From an uncultured Candidatus Rokubacteria bacterium (GTDB taxonomy: Bacteria; Methylomirabilota; Methylomirabilia; Rokubacteriales; CSP1-6): 64,000 nucleotides of DNA. The DNA lies in assembly GCA_963758635.1 (NCBI GenBank), contig CAVWWD010000005.1:256001-320000 (forward strand), in the 5' to 3' direction. Position numbers and translations under genes: made by a program. The notes below the pieces were generated by a model that made no database searches, had not been told where the DNA came from, and saw only the letters and a list, made by a program, of their open reading frames with translations. Of this stretch, positions 9,758 through 22,196 are shown piece after piece (position 1 is the stretch's first letter; every line of letters begins with the position of its first letter).

Positions 9758-10711
9758 TCAGACGGCTTCTTCGAAGACTCCGATCCTGCGGAACTTCTCG
9801 TAGCGCTCCTGCACGAGCCGCTCGGCCGACCGCGAGCGGAGCTGCCAGAGCTGGTCGCGCAGCGCGGCGCGGAGGTTCGTGGCCGTCTGCTCCCAGTTGC
9901 GGTGGGCGCCCCCGACCGGCTCGGGGACGACACCGTCGATGACCCCCAGGCGGAGGAGGTCGGCGGCGGTCGTGCGCATGAGGCGCGCCGCTTCCGGCGC
10001 CTTGGCCGCGTCGCCCCACAGGATGGCCGCGCAGCCCTCGGGCGAGATCACCGAGTAGATTGCGTGCTCGAGCATGAGGACGCGGTTGCCCACGCCGATG
10101 GCGAGCGCGCCGCCGCTGCCCCCTTCCCCGGTCACGACGCACACGATGGGCGTGGAGAGCGCCGACATCTCGCGCAGGTTGCGCGCGATCGCCTCGGCCT
10201 GGCCGCGCTCCTCGGCCCCGAGCCCCGGATAGGCGCCGGGCGTGTCGATGAGCGTGACGATCGGCTTGCCGAACCGCGCGGCGAGCTGCATGACCCGCAG
10301 CGCCTTCCGGTAGCCCTCGGGATGCGGCATGCCGAAGGTGCGCGCGATGTTCTCGCGGGTGTCACGCCCCTTCTGGTGCCCGATCACCGCGACGGGCTCC
10401 CCCTCGAACTGGGCGAGGCCGGCCACGATGGCGGCGTCGTCGCCGAAGACGCGATCGCCGTGCAGCTCGATGAAGTCCTCGAACAGGAGCCGGACCAGGT
10501 CCAGCGTGTGCGGCCGCTTGGGATGGCGGGCGATCTGCGCGCGCTGCCACGGCGTGAGGCTCCCGTACACGCGCTGCTGGAGGCGGCGGAGACGGTCGCC
10601 GAGGCGGGCGATCTCGTCGCGGACGGCGAGCGGATCCTCGGAGGCGGAGAGCTCGGCGATGCGGTTCTCCAGCTCGAGGATCGGCTTCTCGAACTCAAGC
10701 TCGTCCGGCAT
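9758..10711 (-). CDS. accA: Acetyl-CoA carboxylase carboxyltransferase alpha subunit
   Basis: [46 protein letters not shown]. Confidence 0.97.
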   Translation of the reverse strand: MPDELEFEKPILELENRIAELSASEDPLAVRDEIARLGDRLRRLQQRVYGSLTPWQRAQIARHPKRPHTLDLVRLLFEDFIELHGDRVFGDDAAIVAGLAQFEGEPVAVIGHQKGRDTRENIARTFGMPHPEGYRKALRVMQLAARFGKPIVTLIDTPGAYPGLGAEERGQAEAIARNLREMSALSTPIVCVVTGEGGSGGALAIGVGNRVLMLEHAIYSVISPEGCAAILWGDAAKAPEAARLMRTTAADLLRLGVIDGVVPEPVGGAHRNWEQTATNLRAALRDQLWQLRSRSAERLVQERYEKFRRIGVFEEAV

Positions 10712-13700
10712 ACTCCACGATCACGCTGCCGCGCCCGAGCAGGCGCTCCACCCCGGTCACGAGCTCGGCCTCCGGGCTCACGCCGCCGCCGGACACCTTC
10801 ACCACCACCTCGTGATCGGCGAGGAGGACGTGGAGGAACAGCGGGGTCGTGCCGGGATACGCCTGGCACAGCGCGCGCACCTCGGCGAGCCGGTCCTCGA
10901 TGGGCGGCCCGTCGGCGCGGACCCGGATGCGGCAGGTGTGAGCGTGCGCGTTGCCGTTGCCGTTCCCGGCGTGCGCGCTCGCGCCACCGTCTCCTCCCCG
11001 CCCCGGGTGCCCGTTGGCCGCCGCCGGTTCGCCGTTGACCACGTGGATCTCCTCGGTCAGGAGCACCCGCCCCTTGTCGGTGTCGTCGATGCGGCCCTTG
11101 ACCAGGACCGGCCCGGTGCTGCGGAGCGCGGGCCCGCAGGTCTTGAGCGCTTCCGGAAAGATGGTGAGAGCCACCGCGCCATCCACGGCCTCGAGCGTGG
11201 CGAAGGCCATGCGGTTGCCGCTCTTCGTCGCGCGCTCGCGGACGCTGCCGATCTGGCCCAGCACGGCGACGCGCGCGCCCACCGGGCGGCTGGCGAGCTC
11301 GGTGACGGAGAGACTGCCGAGCTGGCGCGCCGTCTCCCGGTAGCGCTCCAGGGGGTGGCCGGACAGGTAGAAGCCGAGCACCTCCTTCTCGTAGCCGAGG
11401 AGCTGGTCGTGTGACCACTCCGGCATCGACGGCAGCGGGCTCTCCGGCGCGGCCGCCGCCTCGGGCCCGGCGACCAGCGCATCGAACAGCGAGCCCTGCC
11501 CTTCCTCGCGCTCCCGCTGGCGCCGCTGCCCGCCCTCCATGGCCTGGTCGAGCCCGGCGAGCAGGCTGGCCCGCGTGGCCCGGAGCGAGTCGAACGCGCC
11601 CGCCTTGATGAGGCTCTCGAACACGCGCCGGTTCACCATGCGCAGGTCGACGCGGGTGCAGAAGTCGGCGAGGCCGGTGAACGGGCCGCTCGACTCGCGG
11701 AGCGCGATGATCGACTCGATCGCGGTGGCGCCCACGTTCTTGATGGCGGCCAGGCCGAAGCGAATCGTGTCGCCCGCCACCGTGAACTTCGACCCGGAGA
11801 GGTTCACGTCGGGGGGCACGACGGCGAGGCCCATGGCCCGGCACTCGTCCATGTACTGGACGATCTTGTCCGTCTTCTCCATTTCCGAGGTGAGCAGCGC
11901 GGCCATGTACTCGACCGGGTAGTTCGCCTTGAGGTACGCGGTCTGGTAGGCGACCAGCCCGTAGCACGCGGCGTGGGAGTTGTGCACGGCGATGCCGTTG
12001 GCGATGAAGCTCGCCGCCCCGGGCACCTCGAAGTCGTAGGTCGCCTCGGTGCCCTCCCGCGCGTAGCCTTTCGGCCTCGACCAGGCGACGGGCGCATCGG
12101 CGAGGCTCTCGAGCGTGGGCGAGTCGAGGCGGCGGGCGAGCCAGGCCAGCGTGTCGCGCCGCATGCCGCGCTTGCGCGTGTCGCCGAAGAGGAGCCGGTG
12201 GGAGATGCCGAGCGCGCGCGCGCCCGCGGCGAGCGACGGGTAGTGCTTGAGCACCGCCTCCCGCACCGGCTCGAGACAGAGCGCGGCCGGGACGACGTCG
12301 ACGGTGCCCCGGGCCAGGAGCCCGGGCGCGCCCCGGAACGCGCCGACCAGCGCGGCGAGCGCTCCGGGCTTGTCGCCGACCAGGTGCGGTCCGACGAGCG
12401 CCTGGAACCGCTCGAACGACGCGCGCCCGCCGGTGAGGTTCACGGTGTAGCCGGTCCGCCGGCCTCCCCGGTACGCGAACGACTTCGTGTGGATCGTGGA
12501 CGGAAGGTCCAGCTTCAAGAGGAGACGCTGGACGTCGGCGGCCAGCCCCCGCGACGACGTGGCGTAGTAGATCGATCGCGTGGGCGCGTGGATGCAGCCG
12601 TCGCCCTGGAAGAGCTTGCCCACGAGGGCGGTGATCCCCTCCCGGTCCCAGCGGTCGGCGATCGCGGGCACGCGCTTGTCGAGCGCCGTCCGGCCGCGGA
12701 GCCCGCACGTCTCGAGCACGAATCGGACCGCTTCCGACGCGGCGGCGCGATCGCATCGGGCCGGTCGGACCGAGGCGGCGCTGTCACCCGACCGGCGCTC
12801 CACGCGGGCGCGCGTGTTCGGGAAGTGCTCGAGCACGTCGGCCATGTCCGCGAGCTCGGCCTCGCTCGACGAGTAGAGGTAGAAATGGCTCTCGTAGCCG
12901 AGGGAGCCCTCGGACAGCGCATAGCCCAGGAGCGCGGGATGGTGGGCGGCCACCGGCTCGGTCCCGCACGGCACCCGTCGCGCCACGGCGACGAAGTCGG
13001 CGTCGGTGAGCGCCTCCGCGTCCACCCATCCGCGCTGCGTGAACACCGGATGGTCCGGGGTACAGCGGACGGACATGCCGTTGGCGAGACGGAGCCGGCC
13101 GACCGGACGCACGCCGCTCGGCCGCACGCCGAGGGCCGGGAACACGCCGTCCTTGGTGAGCACCCGATCGCCCGATCCGAACGTCCGTGATCGGCCGGCG
13201 CGTGCCGTCGGCCATCTCGATCTCGGTGTCGGCGGTCAGGCACTTGTTGAACCCGTAGCCGGCGAACTTCTCGATCAGCTCCCAGATGCGCTCGGCCTTC
13301 TTCGCCTCGATCTGGTTGGCGCGGCAGCCGACGACGAACTTGGCCTTCTGGGCGGCCATGAGGTCGCGGTCCTTCTTGCCCATGGCCTTGCGGAGCGTGT
13401 CGGCCTCGCCGAGCGAGAAGCCGGCGAGGTCGGCGGCCAGCCGCATGACCTGCTCCTGGTAGACCATGATCCCGTAGGTCTCCTGGAGGTGCCGCTCCAT
13501 CGCCGGATGCTCGTAGGTGATCTTCGACTCGCCGTGCTTGCGCTTGATGAAGTCGGGGATGAGGTCCATGGGCCCCGGGCGATACAGGGCGACCATGGCG
13601 ATGATGTCCTCGATGCGCTCGGGCCGGAGCCGCTGGAGCGCCTCGCGCATGCCCGCCGACTCCAGCTGGAACACGCCGTACGTGCGCGCGTCGCTCAGGA

Positions 13701-15488
13701 GCTGGTAGGTCCGGGCATCGTCGAGGGGGATCGTGTCGGGGTCCAGGGTGACGCCGCGCGAGGCCTTCACGAGATCGACGGCGTCCACGATGACGGTGAG
13801 CGTCCGGAGGCCGAGGAAGTCCATCTTCAGGAGCCCCAGCTTGTCGATGGGGCCCATCGCGTAGCCGGTGATCAGCTCCTGGCGCTTCGGGTCCTTGTAG
13901 AGCGGGATGCGCTCCATCAAGGGCTCGTCGGAGATCACGACGGCGGAGGCGTGGACGGAGGCGTGGCGGGTGCCGCCCTCCAGCGTCCTGGCCACGCCCC
14001 ACAGCTCGGCCACCCGCGCGTCGCGCTTGACGAGCTGGGCGAGCTCGAGCGACTTCTCCAGCGACTCGTCGAGCGTGATGTTGAGCGGGAAGCTCGGCAC
14101 GAGCTTCGCGATGCGATCGGCGTCGCCGTAGGACAGGCCGAGCACGCGGCCCACGTCGCGGATGACCGCCTTGGCCCCCATGGTCCCGAACGTGATGATG
14201 TGGGCGACGCGGTCCGCCCCGTAGCGGTCGACGACGTAGCGGATCACCTCGTCGCGCCGGTCGTCGGCGAAGTCGATGTCCATGTCGGGCATCGAGATGC
14301 GCTCGGGGTTCAGGAACCGCTCGAACAGGAGCCCGTAGCGGATGGGGTCCACGTTGGTGATGCCCAGGCAGTACGCGACGAGCGAGCCCGCCGAGGAGCC
14401 GCGCCCCGGCCCCACCGCGATGCCCTGCCGCCGCGCGTGGGCGATGAAGTCCCACACCACGAGGAAGTAGCCGGAGAAGCCCATCGAGGAGATGACGGAC
14501 AGCTCGTACTTGAGCCGCTCGGCGACGGCGTCGCCGGGGGCGTGGCCGTAGCGCCGGGTGAGGCCCTGCCCGGCCAGCTCCTCCAGGTAGGAGTCGAGCG
14601 TGTGCCCCTCGGGAACCTGGTAGCGCGGCAGGTGGAACTTGCCGAACGACAGGCCCAGGTCGCAGCGCTCGGCCACGGCGAGCGTGCTCCGGTAGGCCTC
14701 GGGGAGGTCGGCGAACACGCGGCGCATCTCGTCCGCCGACTTCAGGTAGAACTCCTCGGTGGAGAAGCGCCACCGGTTGGCGTCGTTCATGGTGGTGCCG
14801 GTCTGGATGCACAGGAGCGCCTCGTGGGCGCGCGCGTGGCCGGCCTCGAGGTAGTGCGAGTCGTTGGTGCCGCAGAGCGGCGCGCCGATCGCCTGCGCGA
14901 TGCGCACGGTGCCCGCGGTCGCCACGCGACTGGGCCTCGATCCCGTGCGACTGCACCTCCATGAAGTAGAAGTCCTTGCCGAACACCTCCTGGTACCAGC
15001 CCGCGACCTGCCGGGCCTTCGCCTCGTCGCCGTCGGTGAGGAGCCGGCTCACCTCGGAGTTGAGGCAGCCGGACAGGACGAGGAGCCCGTCGGCGTGCTG
15101 GGCGAGCAGCTCGCGGTCCACGCGGGGCTTGTAGTAGAAGCCCTCGAGGTAGGCGCGCGAGACGAGCCGGATCAGGTTCCGGTAGCCGGTCTCGTTCCGG
15201 ACCAGGACCGTGCAGTGGCTCGCGCCCTCGTAGCCGCCGTCCTGGGGCGAGCGCTCGAAGCGGCTGCCCGGGGCCACGTAGAGCTCGCAGCCGAGGATGG
15301 GCTTGATGCCCGCCTTCCGGCAACCGTCGTAGAAGTCGATGGCCCCGAAGAGGTTCCCGTGGTCGGTGATGGCCAGCGGCGGGAAAGTCGAGCGCCTTCG
15401 CCTTGGCCACGAGCTTGTCGAGCTGGGCGGCGCCGTCGAGCAGGCTGTACTCGGAGTGGACGTGCAGGTGGACAAAGTCGTTCGGCAT
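10695..15488 (-). CDS. dnaE: DNA polymerase III alpha subunit with intein; frameshifts near 15385, 14930 and 13175
   Basis: [55 protein letters not shown]|intein|[20 protein letters not shown]. Confidence 0.95.
11979..13242 (-). mobile_element. Intein (~420 aa) with LAGLIDADG homing endonuclease inside dnaE
   Basis: Starts [13 protein letters not shown], block [20 protein letters not shown] and [11 protein letters not shown] endonuclease motifs, ends TYDFEV…[10 protein letters not shown] followed by Ser+1. Confidence 0.93.
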
Positions 15489-15639
15489 GAGTTCCCCGGT
15501 CAGCCGGTCATCTTCGGGAGCACGGACCTTGTAAAGCAACGTCTACGGACCCGCGTCATCTCGGTCGGGGCGGCCCCCTGGGGTTGCTTCCACTTCATTT
15601 CCATATTCGCTCGGCTCGCCTTCGGCTCACCTCGCAAAG

Positions 15640-17186
<1,547 letters not shown>

Positions 17187-17315
17187 TCAGGTCGCTCTCG
17201 CGTGGAAGGCTCCACGCCACGGAGGGGCGGCGTCGAGTCGACGCCTGATCGGCGCGCGGCCACGCCGAGGCTCACCGACGCGGCCGCGGCAGCGGGGCCC
17301 GGCCACGCCGGGCGG

Positions 17316-18476
17316 CTACCGGGGCGAGCCCAGCTTCTGGGCCCGCTGGAAGACCTTGCCCTCGGTCTTGATCGACGGCGCGATGATCAGCTCGGTCTGC
17401 TGCAGCTCGCGGATGTCTCGCGCGCCGATCGACCCCATGCACGTGCGGATGGCGCCCACGAGGTTGAGCGTGCCGTCCTCGGTGAACGCGGGGCCGAACA
17501 GGATCTGCTCGAGCGGGCCGGCCACGCCCACGCGGATGCGCGTGCCGCGCGGCAGGTTCGAGTGCGGGGTGGCCATGCCCCAGTGGTAGCCGCGGCCCGG
17601 CGCCTCCTCGGCGCGCGCGAAGGCCGAGCCGATCATCACGGCGTCCGCGCCGGAGGCGAGCGCCTTGCAGATGTCGCCGCCCGTCGTCATGCCGCCGTCG
17701 GTGATGATCGGCACGTAGCGGCCGGTCTTCTTGTAGTAGAAGTCGCGCGCCGCCGCCGAGTCCGCGGTGGCGGTGACCTGGGGCACGCCCAGCCCGAGCA
17801 CCTCGCGGCTCGTGCACGCGGCGCCGGGGCCGACGCCGATCAGGAGGGCGTCCACGCCGCAGTCCATCAGCTCCAGGCACGCCTCGTACGTCACCGTGTT
17901 GCCGACGATGAGCGGGATCGAGAGGTGCTTCTTGAGGTCGGCGAGGTTCACCGGCGGATACTCGGTGGCGTAGTGACGCGCGGTCGTGACGGTGGACTGG
18001 ACGACGAAGAAGTCGGCGCCCGCCTCCTCGGCGATCTTGGCGAAGCGCTCGGCGCGCTGCGGGATCGCCGAGACCATCACCGGCCCGCCGCCCTTCTTGA
18101 TCTCGGAGATGCGCTTGTGGATGAGCTCTTCCTTGATCGGCTCGCCGTAGATGCCCTGGATGATGCGGGTCGCCTCTTCCAGGCTCGCGGAGGTGATGCG
18201 GTCGAGGACCTCGTCGGGATTCTCGTAGCGGGAGAAGATGCCTTCCAGGTTCAGGACGGCGAGGCCGCCGAGGCGGCCCATCTCGACGGCGAGCGCGGGG
18301 CTCACCACGCCGTCCATGGCGGCGGCGATGATCGGGATCTCGAACCGGTGCCCGCACAGCTCCCACGAGATGTCGACCTCGGTGGGGTTGATCGTGACCG
18401 TTCCCGGCACCAGCGCGATGTCATCGAAGCCGTACGCCGCCCGGGCCTTTCGGCCCCGCCCGACCCACATGCCCAT
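17316..18476 (-). CDS. IMP dehydrogenase family protein (GuaB3 type)
   Basis: GRKARAAYGFDDIALVPG, AAAMDGVVSP, GVGPGAACTSREVLGLGVPQ, GYHWGMATP; start taken at MGMWV after GGGGG RBS. Confidence 0.9.
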   Translation of the reverse strand: MGMWVGRGRKARAAYGFDDIALVPGTVTINPTEVDISWELCGHRFEIPIIAAAMDGVVSPALAVEMGRLGGLAVLNLEGIFSRYENPDEVLDRITSASLEEATRIIQGIYGEPIKEELIHKRISEIKKGGGPVMVSAIPQRAERFAKIAEEAGADFFVVQSTVTTARHYATEYPPVNLADLKKHLSIPLIVGNTVTYEACLELMDCGVDALLIGVGPGAACTSREVLGLGVPQVTATADSAAARDFYYKKTGRYVPIITDGGMTTGGDICKALASGADAVMIGSAFARAEEAPGRGYHWGMATPHSNLPRGTRIRVGVAGPLEQILFGPAFTEDGTLNLVGAIRTCMGSIGARDIRELQQTELIIAPSIKTEGKVFQRAQKLGSPR

Positions 18477-18578
18477 CCCGTGTCCCCCTTGATCGGGGTA
18501 TCCGAGCGAGCCGTCCACCCGCCGATACACCCGATATTTAGAGAGCTGCCGCCGTTCCTATACCGTATTTAGGGGTGA

Positions 18579-18608
18579 AGTATACGGGCGGCCGTCGAAG
18601 GCTGTCAA
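18579..18608 (-). promoter_or_regulatory. sigma70-type promoter of guaB3-guaA
   Basis: TTGACA-N18-TATACT. Confidence 0.7.
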
Positions 18609-18641
18609 CCCCACTTGCCGGATCCGGGCGGCACCGGCGCG

Positions 18642-19415
18642 TCACGCCCGGGGCGTGGCCGCCTCCCAGATCATCCGCAGGCCCTCGAGGCGCAGATCGA
18701 GGTTCACGATCTGGATGCTCGCCGCCACCTCGCGCATCTGCGCGGCGAGGCCGCCCGTCCCGATGACCTTGGCGTCGCCGCCCAGCTCGGCGCGGATGCG
18801 CGCGACGAGGCCGTCGACGAGCGCGGCGTAGCCCAGGACCACGCCGGACTGGATGTTCGTCGCGGTGTTCGTGCCGATCGCGGTGGCCGGCGGGACGAGC
18901 TCCACGCGCGACAGCCGCGCCGCGCGCGAGATGAGGGCCTCGGCGGCCGTGAAGAGGCCGGGAGCGATGGCCCCGCCGACGAACTCCCCGCGCGCGTTGA
19001 CGCAGTCGAAGTTCGTCGCGGTGCCGAAGTCCACCACCACGAACGGCGCGCCGTAGAGGGCCAGCGCAGCCACGCAGTTGCACACCCGATCGGCGCCGAC
19101 CTCGCGGGGAGCGTCCACCTTGAGGGGCAGGTCCACATTGACACCGGGCAGCACGGAGAACGCGGGCACGCCGAAGTAGCCCTCGGCCACGCGCTCGAGC
19201 GTGCGCTGCACGGGCGGGACCACATTGGAGATGGCCACCGCGGTCACGCCGCGCGGATCGAGGCCCCGCGCGCGGAGGAGCGTCTCGATGAAGACGCCGT
19301 ACTCGTCGGGCGTCTGCTCGCGCCGGCTCGTGAGGCGCCACGACGCCACGAGTCGCGTGCCATCGTGGACGCCGACGCCGGTGTTGGTGTTGCCGACCTC
19401 GAGGAGGAGGAGCAC
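18642..19415 (-). CDS. coaX: Type III pantothenate kinase
   Basis: LLEVGNTNT, ISNVVP, EVGADR, VVDFGTATNFD, GGAIAPG, IGTGG. Confidence 0.95.
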   Translation of the reverse strand: MLLLLEVGNTNTGVGVHDGTRLVASWRLTSRREQTPDEYGVFIETLLRARGLDPRGVTAVAISNVVPPVQRTLERVAEGYFGVPAFSVLPGVNVDLPLKVDAPREVGADRVCNCVAALALYGAPFVVVDFGTATNFDCVNARGEFVGGAIAPGLFTAAEALISRAARLSRVELVPPATAIGTNTATNIQSGVVLGYAALVDGLVARIRAELGGDAKVIGTGGLAAQMREVAASIQIVNLDLRLEGLRMIWEAATPRA

Positions 19416-19416
19416 G

Positions 19417-19606
19417 TCAGGCGAGCGCGGCGAGGCTTGCCGCGAGCTGTCCCGCCGTGGGGCCCATCACGCGAGCGCGGCGAGGCTTGCCGCGAGCTGT
19501 CCCGCCGTGGGGCCCATCACGCGAGCGCGGCGAGGCTTGCCGCGAGCTCTTTCCCGCCGTGGGGCCCATCACGCGAGCGCGGCGAGGCTTGCCGCGAGCT
19601 TTCCCC
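19417..19606. repeat. Tandem repeat, 50-52-bp unit x ~3.7, duplicating the valS 3' end
   Basis: Unit TCACGCGAGCGCGGCGAGGCTTGCCGCGAGCTGTCCCGCCGTGGGGCCCA at 19417, 19467, 19517 and partial at 19569. Confidence 0.95.
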
Positions 19607-22190
19607 GGACCGTCTCCTGCTCGTCGAGGCGAAGGCGCTCGCGGGCCACCACGTCGGGGGACGCGCGCTCCACGAACTCCGGACGGGCGAGCTTGCCGCG
19701 GATGAAGGCGATCTCCTTCTCCGCCCGGTCGACCGCCTTCTCGAGCCGCGCGCGCTCCGCGGCGAGGTCGATCGCGCCCTCGAGGTGCACGTAGACCTCC
19801 GCGCCCCCCGCCACCGCGAGCGCGGAGTGGGCCGGGCGCGCCGCGTCGAGGGCCACCTCGAGGCGCACCCGCGCGAGCGCTCCAATGAGGCCCGCCGCCG
19901 CGGTCAGGCGCTCCCGCGCCGCCTCGCTCTCCGGCTTCACCGTCACCTGGAGCTCGAGGGCGGGAGAGATCCGGCTCTCGCTCCGGATCGCGCGGATCGC
20001 GCTCACCACCGCGACCACCGCCCCCATCTCCGCCTCGGCCTCGGGGTCCGTGGCCCGACGCGCCGCCTTCGGGAAGGGCGCGGTCACGATCGTGGGGCCC
20101 TCGTGGGGCAAGCGCTGCCAGATCTCCTCGGAGATGAAGGGCATGAACGGGTGGAGCAGGCGCAGCGTGGCCTCGAGGGTCTCCACCAGGGTCTTCTGCG
20201 TGACCGCGCGCGCCACCGGGTCGGCCGTCTGGTAGAGGCTCCGCTTCGCCATCTCCAGGTACCAGTCGCAGAGCTCGTGCCACAGGAACTGGTACACCGC
20301 CGAGGCCGCGTCGCTAAAGCGATAGGCGTCGAGCGCCTTGCGCACCGTCGTCGTCGTGGCGGCGAGGCGGCTCACGATCCACCGGTCGGCGACGGACGGC
20401 GTCCCTTTCCGCGCCCGGCGCGGGTCGTAGCCGTCGAGGTTGCTGAGGACGAGGCGGGCCGCGTTCCACAGCTTGTTGGCGAAGTTCCGGTAGCCCTCGA
20501 TGCGGTCCTCGCTGATCCGCACGTCCCGCACCCCTGACACGGCCAGGCTCGCGAGCGTGAACCGGAAGGCGTCGGTCCCGAACCGCTCCATCACGTCGAG
20601 CGGGTCGGCCACGTTGCCCTTGGTCTTGGACATCTTCACGCCCTCGGCGTCCCGCACGAGGGTGTTCAGGTACACGTCGCGGAAGGGCACCTCGCCCATC
20701 ATGTGCAGCCCGAACATGGCCATCCGCGCCACCCAGAAGAAGATGATGTCGTACCCGGTGACGAGGACGGACGTGGGATAGAACGTCTCGAGGTCCTTCG
20801 TGCGCTCCGGCCAGCCGAGGGTCGACATGGGCCAGAGGCCGGAGGAGAACCACGTGTCGAGCACGTCGGGATCCTGGCGCAGCGGCCCGCCGCACTGAGG
20901 GCAGGCGGTGAGGTCGGTGCGCGACACGTGCATGCTGCCGTCGCCGTCGCAGTACCAGGCGGGGATGCGGTGGCCCCACCAGAGCTGGCGCGAGATGCAC
21001 CACGGGCGGATGTTGTCCATCCAGTGGTAGTAGGTCTTCGCCCACGAGCGCGGGATGATGCGCATGCGCCGCGAGCGCACGGCCCGGGCCGCCGGCTCGG
21101 CGAGGGGCTCGACGCGCACGTACCATTGCTTGGACACGAGCGGCTCCACCACGCTCTTGCAGCGATAGCAGAGCCCGACGGCGTGACGGTACGGCTCGAT
21201 GCGGTCGATCAGGCCCAGCGCCTGCATGTCCTCGACGATGCGCCGGCGGCACTCGAACCGGTCCAGGCCCGCGTACTTCCCGGCCAGCTCCGTCATGCGG
21301 CCGTCGAAGCCGATCACGGTGCGGATGGGCAGCCCGTGGCGGCGCCCGATCTCGAAGTCCGTCGGGTCGTGCCCCGGCGTGACCTTGATCACCCCGGTGC
21401 CGAAGTGGGGATCGACGGCCTCGTCGGCGACCACGCGGATCGCGATGGTCCCCTCCACCGAGGGCACCTCGAGCGTCTGACCCACGTACTTCCGGTAGCG
21501 GCGGTCCTTCGGGTGCACGGCGATGCCGGTGTCGCCCACCTTGGTCTCGGGCCGGACGGTGCCGAGGGTGAGCGGCCCGTACTTGATGTAGACGAAGTCC
21601 GCGTCGCGCTCCTCGCGCTCGACCTCGAGGTCGGAGAGCACGGTCTGGCAGCGCGGGCACCAGTTCACGATGCGGTCGTCCCGGTAGACGAGGCCTTCCT
21701 CGTACAGACGCGCGAAGGCCTCGCGCACCGCCCGCGAGAGCTGCTCGTCCATCGTGAAGTGCTCGCGTGACCAGTCGCACGACGCGCCGAGCCGCTTGAG
21801 CTGGCGGATGATCGTGCCGCCCGACTCCTCCTTCCACTTCCACGCGCGCTGGAGGAAGGCCTCGCGGCCGATGGCGTGCCGGTTCGTCCCCTCCTGCTCC
21901 AGCTGCCGCTCGAGGATCACGTGCACCGCGATGCCCGAGTGGTCGGTGCCGGGCACCCAGAGGGCGTTCCGCCCGTCCATCCGCTTGTAGCGGATCAGCA
22001 CGTCCTGGAGCGTCATGACGAGGGCGTGGCCCCAGTGGAGCGAGCCGGTCACATTGGGCGGGGGAATGACGATCGTGAAGGGCTTCTTCGGGGAGTCGGC
22101 GTCGGCGTGGAAGTATCCCCGACGCTCCCATTCCGCATACCACCGCGGCTCCACCTCGGAGGGATCGTAGCGGTCCGCGATGTCGGTCAC
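19569..22190 (-). CDS. valS: Valine--tRNA ligase
   Basis: PPPNVTGSLHWGH, WCISRQLWWGHRIP, DVLDTWFSS, KMSKT, C-terminal coiled coil. Confidence 0.97.
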   Translation of the reverse strand: MTDIADRYDPSEVEPRWYAEWERRGYFHADADSPKKPFTIVIPPPNVTGSLHWGHALVMTLQDVLIRYKRMDGRNALWVPGTDHSGIAVHVILERQLEQEGTNRHAIGREAFLQRAWKWKEESGGTIIRQLKRLGASCDWSREHFTMDEQLSRAVREAFARLYEEGLVYRDDRIVNWCPRCQTVLSDLEVEREERDADFVYIKYGPLTLGTVRPETKVGDTGIAVHPKDRRYRKYVGQTLEVPSVEGTIAIRVVADEAVDPHFGTGVIKVTPGHDPTDFEIGRRHGLPIRTVIGFDGRMTELAGKYAGLDRFECRRRIVEDMQALGLIDRIEPYRHAVGLCYRCKSVVEPLVSKQWYVRVEPLAEPAARAVRSRRMRIIPRSWAKTYYHWMDNIRPWCISRQLWWGHRIPAWYCDGDGSMHVSRTDLTACPQCGGPLRQDPDVLDTWFSSGLWPMSTLGWPERTKDLETFYPTSVLVTGYDIIFFWVARMAMFGLHMMGEVPFRDVYLNTLVRDAEGVKMSKTKGNVADPLDVMERFGTDAFRFTLASLAVSGVRDVRISEDRIEGYRNFANKLWNAARLVLSNLDGYDPRRARKGTPSVADRWIVSRLAATTTTVRKALDAYRFSDAASAVYQFLWHELCDWYLEMAKRSLYQTADPVARAVTQKTLVETLEATLRLLHPFMPFISEEIWQRLPHEGPTIVTAPFPKAARRATDPEAEAEMGAVVAVVSAIRAIRSESRISPALELQVTVKPESEAARERLTAAAGLIGALARVRLEVALDAARPAHSALAVAGGAEVYVHLEGAIDLAAERARLEKAVDRAEKEIAFIRGKLARPEFVERASPDVVARERLRLDEQETVRGKLAASLAALA

Positions 22191-22196
22191 GGTGCG

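Noticed and set aside
13160..15400. Programmed frameshifting in dnaE/pyrG/guaA
   Set aside because: No slippery heptamer or stimulatory structure noticed; indels are scattered across many genes, consistent with sequencing error
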